Below, piece after piece: positions 37,589 to 47,169 of a DNA stretch of 53,469 bases. The stretch is taken from assembly GCA_029856435.1 (NCBI GenBank), contig JAHQXB010000106.1, positions 1 through 53,469 of the forward strand. The letters run 5' to 3'. Numbering within the stretch: the first letter of the stretch is position 1; the number at the start of each line of letters is the position of its first letter. The notes below the pieces were generated by a model that worked only from the letters and a program-made list of their open reading frames with translations, had not been told where the DNA came from and ran no database searches. The stretch is from Candidatus Jordarchaeia archaeon. GTDB taxonomy: Archaea > Asgardarchaeota > Jordiarchaeia > Jordiarchaeales > Jordiarchaeaceae. Both the position numbers and the translations under genes were made by a program.

Positions 37589-38887
37589 CTACTTTATGGT
37601 AGGTTCAGAGTGTGAAATACTTTGCGCCTTCAGAAGCTTTTGATTATATTTTTTGACCACAATATCAAGAATTCTAGACGCTATCACCCGTTTCGGACTA
37701 AGAGGAATGTGCGTTACCTCACCGTCTTTATCAATAACATAAACCTCGTTGCTATCAGCCGCGAACCCCGCGTTTTCCTTAGATACGTCATTTGCAACTA
37801 TGAGGTCTAGATTCGCCTTCTTAATTTTATTTAACGCGCAGCTTATCAACTCTTCCTTGGATTTGTTATACTCCGCCTTAAATCCTACTAGGAAGATGTC
37901 AGGAGCAACTTCCCGAACCGCATTAATTATTTTCGGTAAAGGAACTAATCTAACTATGAACTCCTCTTTTCCCGAGGGCGTTTTTGCGTCAATCTTCTTG
38001 TCAGGAGTATAATCGCTGACCGCAGCACTAGAAATCATTATATCATAATGCTCCTTCTTTAAGCTTGAAACCACAGCCTCAAGCATGTCTTGGGTTGACT
38101 CCACATTTATTACCTTAGTAAGTGGAGGAGGCTCCACAGAACCCGGCCCAAAAACTAGAGTTACCTCTGCTCCCCTCTGAACACACCCAATTGCAAGTGA
38201 AACGCCCATTTTACCAGAGCTGGGATTACTTATGAAACGTACAGCGTCTATGTACTCTCTAGTTGGGCCGGCTGTGATTAGCACTTTTAACCCTTTCATG
38301 TCCTTAGGTCTTGTTAAAACATCTATAACATAAGCTACTATCGTATCTATATGGGCAATCTTCGCCTTTCCCTCTTCAAATCTGGGGCCAACAAATTCTA
38401 TACCTATAGATTTTAGGCGATTAATATTTTCAAGAACAATTGGATGACGGAACATAGATTCATGCATAGCGGGGACAATTACTATAGGTATCCCAGCACC
38501 AATAGCGCTACTCACTACCGTTGTTGGAGGCGTATCATCTATCCCACAGGCAATTTTACTTATAGTATTGGCAGTCGCAGGAGCCACCAGAACCAACGAA
38601 GCAGTATCAGGATGATCACCAGCAAGTGATATATGTTCTACCTTTCCCGTCAGTTGGGTGACCACAGGGTTTCCCGTGGCCCACTGCATCAAATCCGGGG
38701 AAACAAGCCGAGTTGCTGCCGGGGACATAACTGCATAGACTTCTGCTCCAGCTCTCATTAGTTCACGAGCTATGATTGGGCACTCCATGGCGGCTACGCT
38801 ACCAGTAATGCAGAGAACAATCTTTTTTCCCTTCAGGACTTCACTTTTGGTTCCTATAATCTGTTTTGATGTGTGATTGTTTAGCAA
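37589..38887 (-). CDS. coaBC: Bifunctional phosphopantothenoylcysteine decarboxylase/synthetase
   Basis: ITGSVAA, PATANTISK, PAMH, TAGPTREYIDAVRFISNPSSGKMG, AAVSDY, VGFKAE, VANDV. Confidence 0.95.
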   Translation of the reverse strand: MLNNHTSKQIIGTKSEVLKGKKIVLCITGSVAAMECPIIARELMRAGAEVYAVMSPAATRLVSPDLMQWATGNPVVTQLTGKVEHISLAGDHPDTASLVLVAPATANTISKIACGIDDTPPTTVVSSAIGAGIPIVIVPAMHESMFRHPIVLENINRLKSIGIEFVGPRFEEGKAKIAHIDTIVAYVIDVLTRPKDMKGLKVLITAGPTREYIDAVRFISNPSSGKMGVSLAIGCVQRGAEVTLVFGPGSVEPPPLTKVINVESTQDMLEAVVSSLKKEHYDIMISSAAVSDYTPDKKIDAKTPSGKEEFIVRLVPLPKIINAVREVAPDIFLVGFKAEYNKSKEELISCALNKIKKANLDLIVANDVSKENAGFAADSNEVYVIDKDGEVTHIPLSPKRVIASRILDIVVKKYNQKLLKAQSISHSEPTIK

Positions 38888-38913
38888 ATTGGAAACCCCT
38901 ACTGGCCTTAGAA

Positions 38914-38936
38914 CACCGTTTAAAAATTTTACGGTG
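38914..38936. promoter_or_regulatory. Inverted repeat upstream of coaBC
   Basis: CACCGT-N11-ACGGTG in the coaBC/poK divergent region. Confidence 0.35.
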
Positions 38937-39296
38937 CTCCTTGGGTTTAAAAAAATTAAACGGCTATTTAAGTTTTAGGCACAAATAAAATGGATTGAAC
39001 ATAAATTACAGAAAATATTTATTTTTTATCTAATCTAAATAATATTTAAATTTTCGTCATATAAACGTTATGATAGAGGAAAAGGCGGTTCAATACAATG
39101 GCAAAAAGTCGGTTAAACTTTAAACCCTCCACCCTTTATCAAAATGTTTCACTCGCAATACACACTTGCTACCATCGCTCACAATTTCATCTGTTTATCT
39201 TACCATAATGCTTTTATTTATTGAAAAACTCGGTTCACTGACATAACTAGAAGTCCGCGCCTCTCTCCAAATATTTCAGGGTTATAAAAAGGAGGT

Positions 39297-40217
39297 TTGT
39301 TATTGGAAGCTAAGGCCTTTTCACCCGGGCATATTACTTGCTTCTTCCAGATCTGTGATGCACCAATAGATCCCCTCTTGAAGGGCTCTAAGGGAGCTGG
39401 TTTCTCCATAGAGCACGGTATTATTACTAAGGTGCAGGTTACACCTTCAGACCACACCTCGATTGAAATCTCTATTAATGGTAAGGTGTGCGAGGCTAGG
39501 GTGACTGAGACAGTTGTAAGGTTGGCATTGGACCTAGCTCTCCAGAAACATGGTCAGGAGTACGATGTAAAAATAATACAGGAAATGCAGATTCCTGTGG
39601 GAGCAGGATATGGGGCCAGCGGTGCGGCGGCTCTGAGTACTGCCCTTGCACTTAACCAAGCTCTAAATTTGGGGTTGACAAAGAATAACAGTGCGCAACT
39701 GGCTCATATTTCAGAGGTTACCCACAAAACTGGTCTGGGTGACGTTATTGCACAGAATAGGGGTGGTATAGAAATTAGACTTAAGCCGGGCGCACCCGGA
39801 TATGGAGAGATAGATATAATACCCTCTGAATGTAATTTTGATGTGGTTTGTGGCTCCGTTGGAAAAATAGAGACAAAAGAAGTTCTCTCTAATCCTGAGA
39901 AAAGAAAAAGAATTAATGAAGCAGGCGACAAACTTGTGAAGGAGCTTTTAAATGAAGCTTCCATCCATAAATTGGTGTCCCTCTCAAAAAAGTTTACTAT
40001 GCAAACAGGCTTGGCTTCCCCCACCGTTATTAGAACAATTCGGAGCTTAGAGGATTCTGGATTCCCCTACTGTAGTATGGTTATGCTTGGACAGTCGGTT
40101 TTCTGCTTTGTTAGCGAGAAGGAGTCTAAGAACGTCTGCAACATTATCAAAGAATGTATGCCTAATGGAATTGTTTTCGTGTCAAAAATCGATAATTTGG
40201 GAGCAAGACTAATTTAG
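39297..40217 (+). CDS. poK: Pantoate kinase (GHMP)
   Basis: FSPGHITCFF, GSKGAG, PVGAGYGASGA, AHISEV...TGLGDV, SMVMLG. Confidence 0.92.
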   Translation: MLLEAKAFSPGHITCFFQICDAPIDPLLKGSKGAGFSIEHGIITKVQVTPSDHTSIEISINGKVCEARVTETVVRLALDLALQKHGQEYDVKIIQEMQIPVGAGYGASGAAALSTALALNQALNLGLTKNNSAQLAHISEVTHKTGLGDVIAQNRGGIEIRLKPGAPGYGEIDIIPSECNFDVVCGSVGKIETKEVLSNPEKRKRINEAGDKLVKELLNEASIHKLVSLSKKFTMQTGLASPTVIRTIRSLEDSGFPYCSMVMLGQSVFCFVSEKESKNVCNIIKECMPNGIVFVSKIDNLGARLI

Positions 40218-40229
40218 GAGGTAACATTA

Positions 40230-41006
40230 GTGAGTGAAATTCCCGATAATCATCCTCGTGCAGAATCCCTAAGAATAAGACATAGAATTATTGAGGGAAT
40301 GGAGCATAATGTGGTTGCTAAGGCTGGATTAATAGCTCATGGCAGAGGAGAAGCGTTTGACTACCTTTTGGGAGAAAAAACAACTCCTCCCGCCAGAAAG
40401 GCTATCAGAGCCGCCGCAGCGGCGCTGTTATTGTCTAAATATCCCGTTATCAGCGTTAATGGAAATTCTGCTGCTCTCACACCCAAAGAAATAGTTGAAC
40501 TTTCAGAGGTTTCGGGAGCCAAATTAGAGGTAAATATTTTTTACCGTAGTCCTGGACGCGTGGAAGCCATCAAAGAAGTTTTGGAAAAAGCGGGAGCCAA
40601 AGAGGTGCTGGGTGTAGGGGAAACCGCTGACGGCGTGATTCCCGAAATTTCAAGCATAAGAAGAGTTGTGGACAGAAGGGGGATTCTAATCGCAGACACC
40701 GTTCTGGTGCCCATAGAGGACGGTGACAGAACTCAAGCCTTAAGGAAAATGGGAAAAACCGTGATAGCTGTAGATCTTAACCCCCTGAGTAGAACTTCAC
40801 AATCTGCAAATATTACCATAGTTGATAATCACGTAAGATGCATGCCTCTACTAGTTGAGGAAGTCAAAAAACTAAAAAATGCTTCCAAAGAAGAACTGAA
40901 AAAAATCCTCGAAGAGTATGACAACCAAAAAGTCTTGGGAGAAATTTTAGAATTAATCCGAGACAGACTAACCGAAATCGCAAAGAAGGGCATCCAAGAC
41001 TACTAA
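40230..41006 (+). CDS. pps: 4-phosphopantoate--beta-alanine ligase
   Basis: [46 protein letters not shown]. Confidence 0.95.
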   Translation: MSEIPDNHPRAESLRIRHRIIEGMEHNVVAKAGLIAHGRGEAFDYLLGEKTTPPARKAIRAAAAALLLSKYPVISVNGNSAALTPKEIVELSEVSGAKLEVNIFYRSPGRVEAIKEVLEKAGAKEVLGVGETADGVIPEISSIRRVVDRRGILIADTVLVPIEDGDRTQALRKMGKTVIAVDLNPLSRTSQSANITIVDNHVRCMPLLVEEVKKLKNASKEELKKILEEYDNQKVLGEILELIRDRLTEIAKKGIQDY

Positions 41007-41229
41007 AATAACCCCGCTAAAAATAGATTAGGATTTATGCTTCGTTGAATTTCAACTCTCCACCATTTTTTTAAGGTGAGCAATGGTAAATCTTCCTCCA
41101 CGTTTCAAATACGTATAAATGTTTGAATCAAGAATGGCTAATGAGAATCGGAATATTAATCTGTGGAATGCTTTATGGAAACCCACCTTGTCTCCATTAG
41201 CATTTTCTGTATCTATAGGGTGAACAACT

Positions 41230-43119
41230 TTGAAAAAAATTACTATTCAATTTGAGCCAGAGGGTCGAAGAATCGAAACCGACTCTGAGCAGAAAATTCT
41301 GGACATCGCAGAAGCATTTGGAATCGACATTAGATCAGAATGTGGGGGGAAAGCTAGTTGTGGAAAATGCCGTATAATCATACAGGATCAGAGCAATGTT
41401 AGTGAAGTAATTGGCCTTGAGAGGAACCACCTGTCGGAAAGTGAAATTTCTGATGGTTACCGTTTAGCTTGCTGTACAATCGCTAAAGGCAACTTAGTTG
41501 TTGAAATTCCTGAGGAAAGCCGGATAAGAATTCGCAGAATTCAAATCACAGGTATGGAGCTTCCAGTAAAATTGGAGCCTCTAGTAAAAAAGTTTCACCT
41601 AATTCTGCCCAAGCCAACCCTCTATGATATCAGGCCAGATGCGGAGAGACTGCTCGACGCTTTAGAGAGTGAATATGGGCTCAAAAATATAAAGCTGAGC
41701 CAAAAAGTACTCAGCAACTTGCCTAGCATTTTAAGGGAAAAGAACTGGGACATCACTGCGGTTGTTTGGAATAATGAAAAACTTATTGCATTAGAGTCTG
41801 GAGATACCACTAGCACCCTCTATGGATTTGCGGTTGACATAGGAACCTCCAAAATTGTAGGGTATCTTGTGAATCTCATAAATGGCGAAACAGAGGAAAT
41901 CGTCTACATAGAAAATCCGCAAATAACCCATGGGGAGGACATAATGACAAGGATATCCTACACCCTTGAGGGGGAAAAAAACCTGCAAAGACTCCAGAGA
42001 CTTGTTGTGGGTGCCATAAATTCCCTAGTTAAACAGGCATGTAGCAAGGTGGGAATAACTAATAGAAATATTTACGAATTCACCATTGTTGGGAATACCG
42101 CAATGCATCACTTCTTTCTGGGAATTCAACCAAAATATGTATCCTACACCCCATATGTCCCTGCCGTGAAGAGCCCTCTAAATGTAAGAGCCTCAGACCT
42201 AAATCTCGCCTCGGCGCCGGAGGTAAACGTTTACGTATTACCATGCGTGGCTGGTTTTGTGGGAGCCGACGCAGTTGGAGACGTAATTGCCTCGGGCATA
42301 TGTGATAGTGAAGAACATTCGCTGCTCATCGATGTTGGAACCAATACCGAGGTTTTTGTAGGAAACAGTGAGAGCATACTCTCCTGCTCCTGTGCTTCGG
42401 GACCGGCTTTTGAAGGGGCACATATCAAATATGGAATGAAAGCTGTTACAGGAGCGATAGAAAAGATTAAAATTAACCCTGAAACTCTGGACGTTACCTA
42501 CAAAACAATAGGTAACGAACCCCCGGTAGGCATTTGCGGGTCCGGAATACTTGACGGTATATCTGAATTATTTAGGGCGGGAATAATAAACAATAGGGGA
42601 CGCTTCAACCAGATTGAGTGTGAACGTTTAAAACAACAAAACGGTAAAAAGGAGTTTGTTATCGCTTGGGGTAGTGAAACCATCACCGGCAAAAATATCA
42701 CAATAACCCAAGAGGACATAGGAGAAATACAACTAGCAAAAGGCGCAATACACACTGGAGTAGCCATAACTATGAGGAGAAGAGGATACACTAAGGATGA
42801 CTTGGACCACGTATATATAGCTGGGGCTTTCGGATACCATATAGACCCTCTAAGTGCTAAAACCATTGGAATGCTACCTGACATACCCACAGAAAAAATC
42901 AAATTTGTGGGAAACACTGCCGTTACAGGAGCCAAAATGTGTCTAATTTCCCGGGAAACTAGAGAAAAAGCCTACAATCTCTCAAAGAACATACAGTATC
43001 TTGAACTAGCCGTAGACCCTGACTTCCAAAAAGAATTTGTAAATTCCATGTACATACCCCACAAAAACATCGAAGAATACCCAACAATCCTCAAACTAAG
43101 AGAAAAAAGTGGCAATTAA
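41230..43119 (+). CDS. [2Fe-2S]-ASKHA ATPase, reductive activator of corrinoid proteins (RACo/DUF4445)
   Basis: N-terminal CGGKASCGKC ferredoxin, RLACC, DIGTS, DVGTNTE, SGPAFEG, GICGSG, AGAFG. Confidence 0.9.
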   Translation: MKKITIQFEPEGRRIETDSEQKILDIAEAFGIDIRSECGGKASCGKCRIIIQDQSNVSEVIGLERNHLSESEISDGYRLACCTIAKGNLVVEIPEESRIRIRRIQITGMELPVKLEPLVKKFHLILPKPTLYDIRPDAERLLDALESEYGLKNIKLSQKVLSNLPSILREKNWDITAVVWNNEKLIALESGDTTSTLYGFAVDIGTSKIVGYLVNLINGETEEIVYIENPQITHGEDIMTRISYTLEGEKNLQRLQRLVVGAINSLVKQACSKVGITNRNIYEFTIVGNTAMHHFFLGIQPKYVSYTPYVPAVKSPLNVRASDLNLASAPEVNVYVLPCVAGFVGADAVGDVIASGICDSEEHSLLIDVGTNTEVFVGNSESILSCSCASGPAFEGAHIKYGMKAVTGAIEKIKINPETLDVTYKTIGNEPPVGICGSGILDGISELFRAGIINNRGRFNQIECERLKQQNGKKEFVIAWGSETITGKNITITQEDIGEIQLAKGAIHTGVAITMRRRGYTKDDLDHVYIAGAFGYHIDPLSAKTIGMLPDIPTEKIKFVGNTAVTGAKMCLISRETREKAYNLSKNIQYLELAVDPDFQKEFVNSMYIPHKNIEEYPTILKLREKSGN

Positions 43120-43141
43120 TCCCCTTGTATGTATTTACCTT

Positions 43142-43319
43142 CACTTTCCGCACTCTTGGTTTATTTTTTTCTATTTTTGCGGAGTTTGCATGGCGATATG
43201 GAGGATGCCCGCCTTTACCGAACAATTCTTCGGAAACCCCCAAATCCCTGCAGAAGAAATGAGCAGAAATTGGGAAAAAGAAAAAAACACCAAAAAATTC
43301 ACGAAGGGTGCGGAATGTG
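43142..43319. repeat. Imperfect fold-back element (possible MITE or structured RNA)
   Basis: CACTTTCCGCACTCTTG vs reverse complement CACATTCCGCACCCTTC (14/17); inner T-rich/A-rich arms; central CCGAA-N6-TTCGG hairpin. Confidence 0.4.
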
Positions 43320-44041
43320 GGTTTACCATGAAAAAACTTTTTTCATCCTTTGTCTGAAGCGCTTTAGCGTATGAGTGTTTTGGCTCTTGGGAGCTGATCT
43401 GGTTTTATATGCTTCCTTTCCCTAAAAGGAGGGCTACCTTATTTTCTTTTTCAGGGTGGGAAATATTCGCCAAAGCCTTCCTTCGAGGTTTAGAGCTCCA
43501 TATAATTTTGAAAAGTTTTTTGTCATCCATCCATGTGTTCAAGAGGTTTTCCTTTTTTGTGTTGATTCCTTTTTGGTGACTGGGTTGTTTGGGGGGAAAC
43601 TCCCGGTTTTTAACATAAACATGTATAAAGATGAGGGCTGGAAGTCATGTAGGGGAAAGGGACAGGGCGAAAACGCCACAAAACCAGACACAGTGAGTCC
43701 CATCTGAACATATGGCTGTCCTTTGTTGTTTCTGGCATAAACGGCTAATGAATTCTTATTTTCCCAAAAAAAGCGTTTTTGCCCTCTTTTTCAGAGACCA
43801 AAAATAACTAACGATAAAAAACTTTACAATTTCTTACTCAGTATCCGCTATTCGATCACAACAGCTAAATACATACATCCCCTTTATTTGCTAGAATGAG
43901 TAAAAACATAATTCACATACAAAAAATTTTTACTGTAGCCGAATCTATCCCCAAAACTGGAAACCCATAAAAATTTTGAAGTCGCTCCAAACCTGAAAAC
44001 TAGAAAATTACTGAAACTGGACGAACTACTTCAACCGAAAA

Positions 44042-44983
44042 GTGTGGTGTACCTTATTGAAAGTTGTTATAATGGGTTCTGGAAGTATGGGTAGCCTGTT
44101 TGGCGGTTTTCTCGCCAAAAGCGGGGTAGACGTCACACTTATCGACAAAAAAGCCATAACAGATACCATTAGAAAAAAGGGATTAGAAATAACTGGTGTC
44201 AGCGGCCACTACCACATCAAAGTTAAGGCTACCCATAATCCCTCAGAGGTGGGACTGGCAGATCTGGTCATGGTTATAGTGAAGGCCTACGATACCGAAC
44301 GGGCAGTCAAGGATGCTGCTCCCCTAATCGGCAAAAACACCTGGGTTATGTGTCTCCAAAATGGATTGGGAAACGAGGAAATAGCATCCCGCATAATTGG
44401 AAGGGAGAGGATTCTCAGAGGAATAACCACCAATGGTGCCATGTTTGAAAAACCCGGAAAAGTTATTCACACCGGAATCGGTGAAACCACAATAGGCAGA
44501 TGCTATGGGCCAAACACCAACGAAGTTGATAATATAGCTCAAATGATTACAAAGAGCGGGTTACCCTCAAATGTTACCCAAAATATTTCTGGAGTAGTGT
44601 GGGGAAAAGCCCTAGTAAATGCGGGAATAAATCCCTTTGGCACGCTTACCGGTCTTAGAAACGGTGAACTCTTAGAGGTTCCCGAAATAGTGGAGAGAAT
44701 TAAGGAACTGGTTCTGGAGGGAGCAGAGGTTGCACACAAACTTGGTGTACATTTACCTTTCAATCCCATTGAAAAAACTTTTGAGGTGGCTAGAGAAACC
44801 GCCCAAAATAAAAATTCAATGCTCCAAGACATTGAAAAAGGCAAGCGCACTGAAATTGACTACATAAATGGAGCAATATCTAAATATGGAAGAGAAGTTC
44901 ACGTGCCAACACCAATGAATGACCTCATAACTGCTCTGGTAAAAGGACTGGAAAAAAGAACCATAAAAAATAGAAATAGGTGA
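44042..44983 (+). CDS. panE: 2-dehydropantoate 2-reductase
   Basis: GSGSMG, VKAY, QNGLGNE, WGKALVN, SMLQD..KGKRTEIDYING. Confidence 0.95.
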   Translation: MWCTLLKVVIMGSGSMGSLFGGFLAKSGVDVTLIDKKAITDTIRKKGLEITGVSGHYHIKVKATHNPSEVGLADLVMVIVKAYDTERAVKDAAPLIGKNTWVMCLQNGLGNEEIASRIIGRERILRGITTNGAMFEKPGKVIHTGIGETTIGRCYGPNTNEVDNIAQMITKSGLPSNVTQNISGVVWGKALVNAGINPFGTLTGLRNGELLEVPEIVERIKELVLEGAEVAHKLGVHLPFNPIEKTFEVARETAQNKNSMLQDIEKGKRTEIDYINGAISKYGREVHVPTPMNDLITALVKGLEKRTIKNRNR

Positions 44984-46161
44984 AAAACTTGAACCAATCA
45001 GGAGTTCCTCAAGAAAAAATCTTAGAAGAGCTGAGCGAAAAACTAAACAAAGACTTAACCTACGAATCCGGAAAAATTCTTGGAAGCATGTGTACTATTC
45101 CCCATGACTTAGCTAGGAAATTGATGACCATATACTTGGAGAAGAATCTCGGCGATCCTGGGCTATTTAAGGGAACCCAAGAAATTGAGATAGAAACAAT
45201 AAAAATGTTAGGCAGCTTATTAAATAATCCCAAAAGCTGGGGATACATTGTAAGTGGAGGAACAGAGGGCAACATAGTGGCAATGAGAATCGCCAGAAAC
45301 ATTGGAAGAACAAAAATTAGAGGTGGGACACCAGAAATAATTATCCCTACTTCTGCGCATATATCCTTCGACAAAGCCGCCGACCTACTGGGCATTCGCC
45401 TAGTCCGGGTTAACCTTGACCGGGAGTACCGCGTAAAACCTTCAGAAGTAAAAAAGGCCATAACCGATAAAACAATTGCAATAGTGGGTATAGCAGGCAC
45501 CACAAGCCTAGGCACCATAGACCCCATAGAAGAACTCTCAGAAATCGCCTTAGAAAAAAACTTGTACCTACATATAGATGCTGCCTTTGGGGGAATGGTA
45601 ATTCCTTTTCTGGAAAGGTTAGGGTATAAACTTCCCAAATTTGACTTCCGAAACCAAGGAGTTTGTTCCATAACCATAGATCCCCACAAAATGGGACTGG
45701 CACCCATACCCGCAGGCGGAATACTCTTTAAAGACCGCACTTATATCCTCGAAAACTGTTTTGAAATTCCTTACCTCGCTGGAGGAACATACGCACACCC
45801 AATAATACTCGGCACCCGCTCCGGAGCCGCAGTCATAGCCACCTGGGCAACACTAAAACACCTCGGAATAGAAGGATATACCCGAATAGTGAAAAATTGC
45901 ATGGAAGTCACGCACCAACTAGAAAAAGGGATACAGCAAATAAAAAATGTGGAACTGGCAACCAAACCCGTAATGAACATAGTAGGTATAACCTCTAAAA
46001 AACTGGACATTTGCCAAATTGACCAAGAACTGAGAAAACTTCGCTGGGCGCTGGGAAAATTTGAAAATCTCCTACGCATAGTCGTGATGCCCCACGTGAA
46101 ACCACAACATATACAACAATTCCTAGCAGACCTCGAACAAATCACGAAAAAATCAAAATAA
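44980..46161 (+). CDS. mfnA: PLP-dependent L-aspartate/L-tyrosine decarboxylase
   Basis: ILGSMCT, NLGDPGL, SGGTE, AHISFDK, HIDAAFGG, DPHKMG, GTRSG. Confidence 0.92.
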   Translation: MKNLNQSGVPQEKILEELSEKLNKDLTYESGKILGSMCTIPHDLARKLMTIYLEKNLGDPGLFKGTQEIEIETIKMLGSLLNNPKSWGYIVSGGTEGNIVAMRIARNIGRTKIRGGTPEIIIPTSAHISFDKAADLLGIRLVRVNLDREYRVKPSEVKKAITDKTIAIVGIAGTTSLGTIDPIEELSEIALEKNLYLHIDAAFGGMVIPFLERLGYKLPKFDFRNQGVCSITIDPHKMGLAPIPAGGILFKDRTYILENCFEIPYLAGGTYAHPIILGTRSGAAVIATWATLKHLGIEGYTRIVKNCMEVTHQLEKGIQQIKNVELATKPVMNIVGITSKKLDICQIDQELRKLRWALGKFENLLRIVVMPHVKPQHIQQFLADLEQITKKSK

Positions 46162-46516
46162 AGAACAAAATCATCACCCCCACAAAATAAATGAACAAAA
46201 CTCTACAAATTGACTTATTTTAATTTAAATCCTAACAAAACACCGCATAAGAATTCAGAATGGATTAGTGAGGACCACCGTCTAGCTTGTTGCTAGGCTG
46301 GTTGCAAAGATAGGGCAAAGGTGTTTTCGGCGTATTTACGCTCTCTGGTAATCTGCAGCCATAGTTTTGCGTGCTTTTCCTTGGGTAATCTCATAAAAGC
46401 CTGAGAACCGCCACAACCTAAAACACAAAACCAAGAACCAAAGAGTAAAACTCTCTAAAACACATCCATAAGTTTTAAACTTATATAGAAAACCAGAACC
46501 CGCACAGACACACAAA

Positions 46517-46524
46517 TTTATAAA
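46517..46524 (+). promoter_or_regulatory. Probable TATA box of tbp
   Basis: TTTATAAA about 48 nt upstream of TTG 46572. Confidence 0.4.
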
Positions 46525-46571
46525 CAAAAAACGTGATAGGTATATGGCTAAACTCACAATGGGGGAAATAC

Positions 46572-47129
46572 TTGCCGAAGGTTCAATCTGTCCACGTAGA
46601 AAATGTAGTCGCTTCGGTCACAATAGACCAGAAAATCGACCTCGAAAAAATAGCCAGAGCAGCACTAAACGTAGAATATGACCCTGAACAATTCCCAGGA
46701 CTCGTATACAGACTTGAAAAACCAAAAACTGCAACGCTCATCTTCAGCTCAGGAAAAATGGTCTGCACCGGAGGAAAGTCCGAGAAGGAAGTTCATAAAG
46801 CTGTTAACCTTATCATAAAGGATTTGCGAGACGCCGGTATCATTGACACCAACTCAGAACCAATCATCCAGATTCAAAACATTGTCGCTTCTGCAAGTCT
46901 AGGATCGGATTTAAACCTCGAACTCGCGGCCTACACACTCCCAAACGTTATGTATGAGCCAGAACAATTTCCTGGACTCATATACCGTATGAAAAATCCT
47001 AAGGTAGTACTCCTTTTGTTCACGACTGGAAAATTAGTGGTTACAGGTGCCAAAAAGGAGGAGGAGATTTATGCTGCGGTGAATAATGTGCTTAACACTT
47101 TGACGGAGTTAGGTATTACTCGCATATAA
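46572..47129 (+). CDS. tbp: TATA-box binding protein
   Basis: Two ENVVAS/QNIVAS...YxPEQFPGL repeats; TTG 46572 after GGGGG. Confidence 0.97.
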   Translation: MPKVQSVHVENVVASVTIDQKIDLEKIARAALNVEYDPEQFPGLVYRLEKPKTATLIFSSGKMVCTGGKSEKEVHKAVNLIIKDLRDAGIIDTNSEPIIQIQNIVASASLGSDLNLELAAYTLPNVMYEPEQFPGLIYRMKNPKVVLLLFTTGKLVVTGAKKEEEIYAAVNNVLNTLTELGITRI

Positions 47130-47169
47130 TTTTCCCTGTCATAAAAGGGGTTGTTGTGAGCGTCGTTTT

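Noticed and set aside
39090-39210. Broken minus-strand frames in the coaBC/poK spacer
   Set aside because: Multiple stops and no recognisable family.
45060-46145. Minus-strand ORFs of 226, 97 and 124 aa
   Set aside because: Shadows of the well-supported mfnA.
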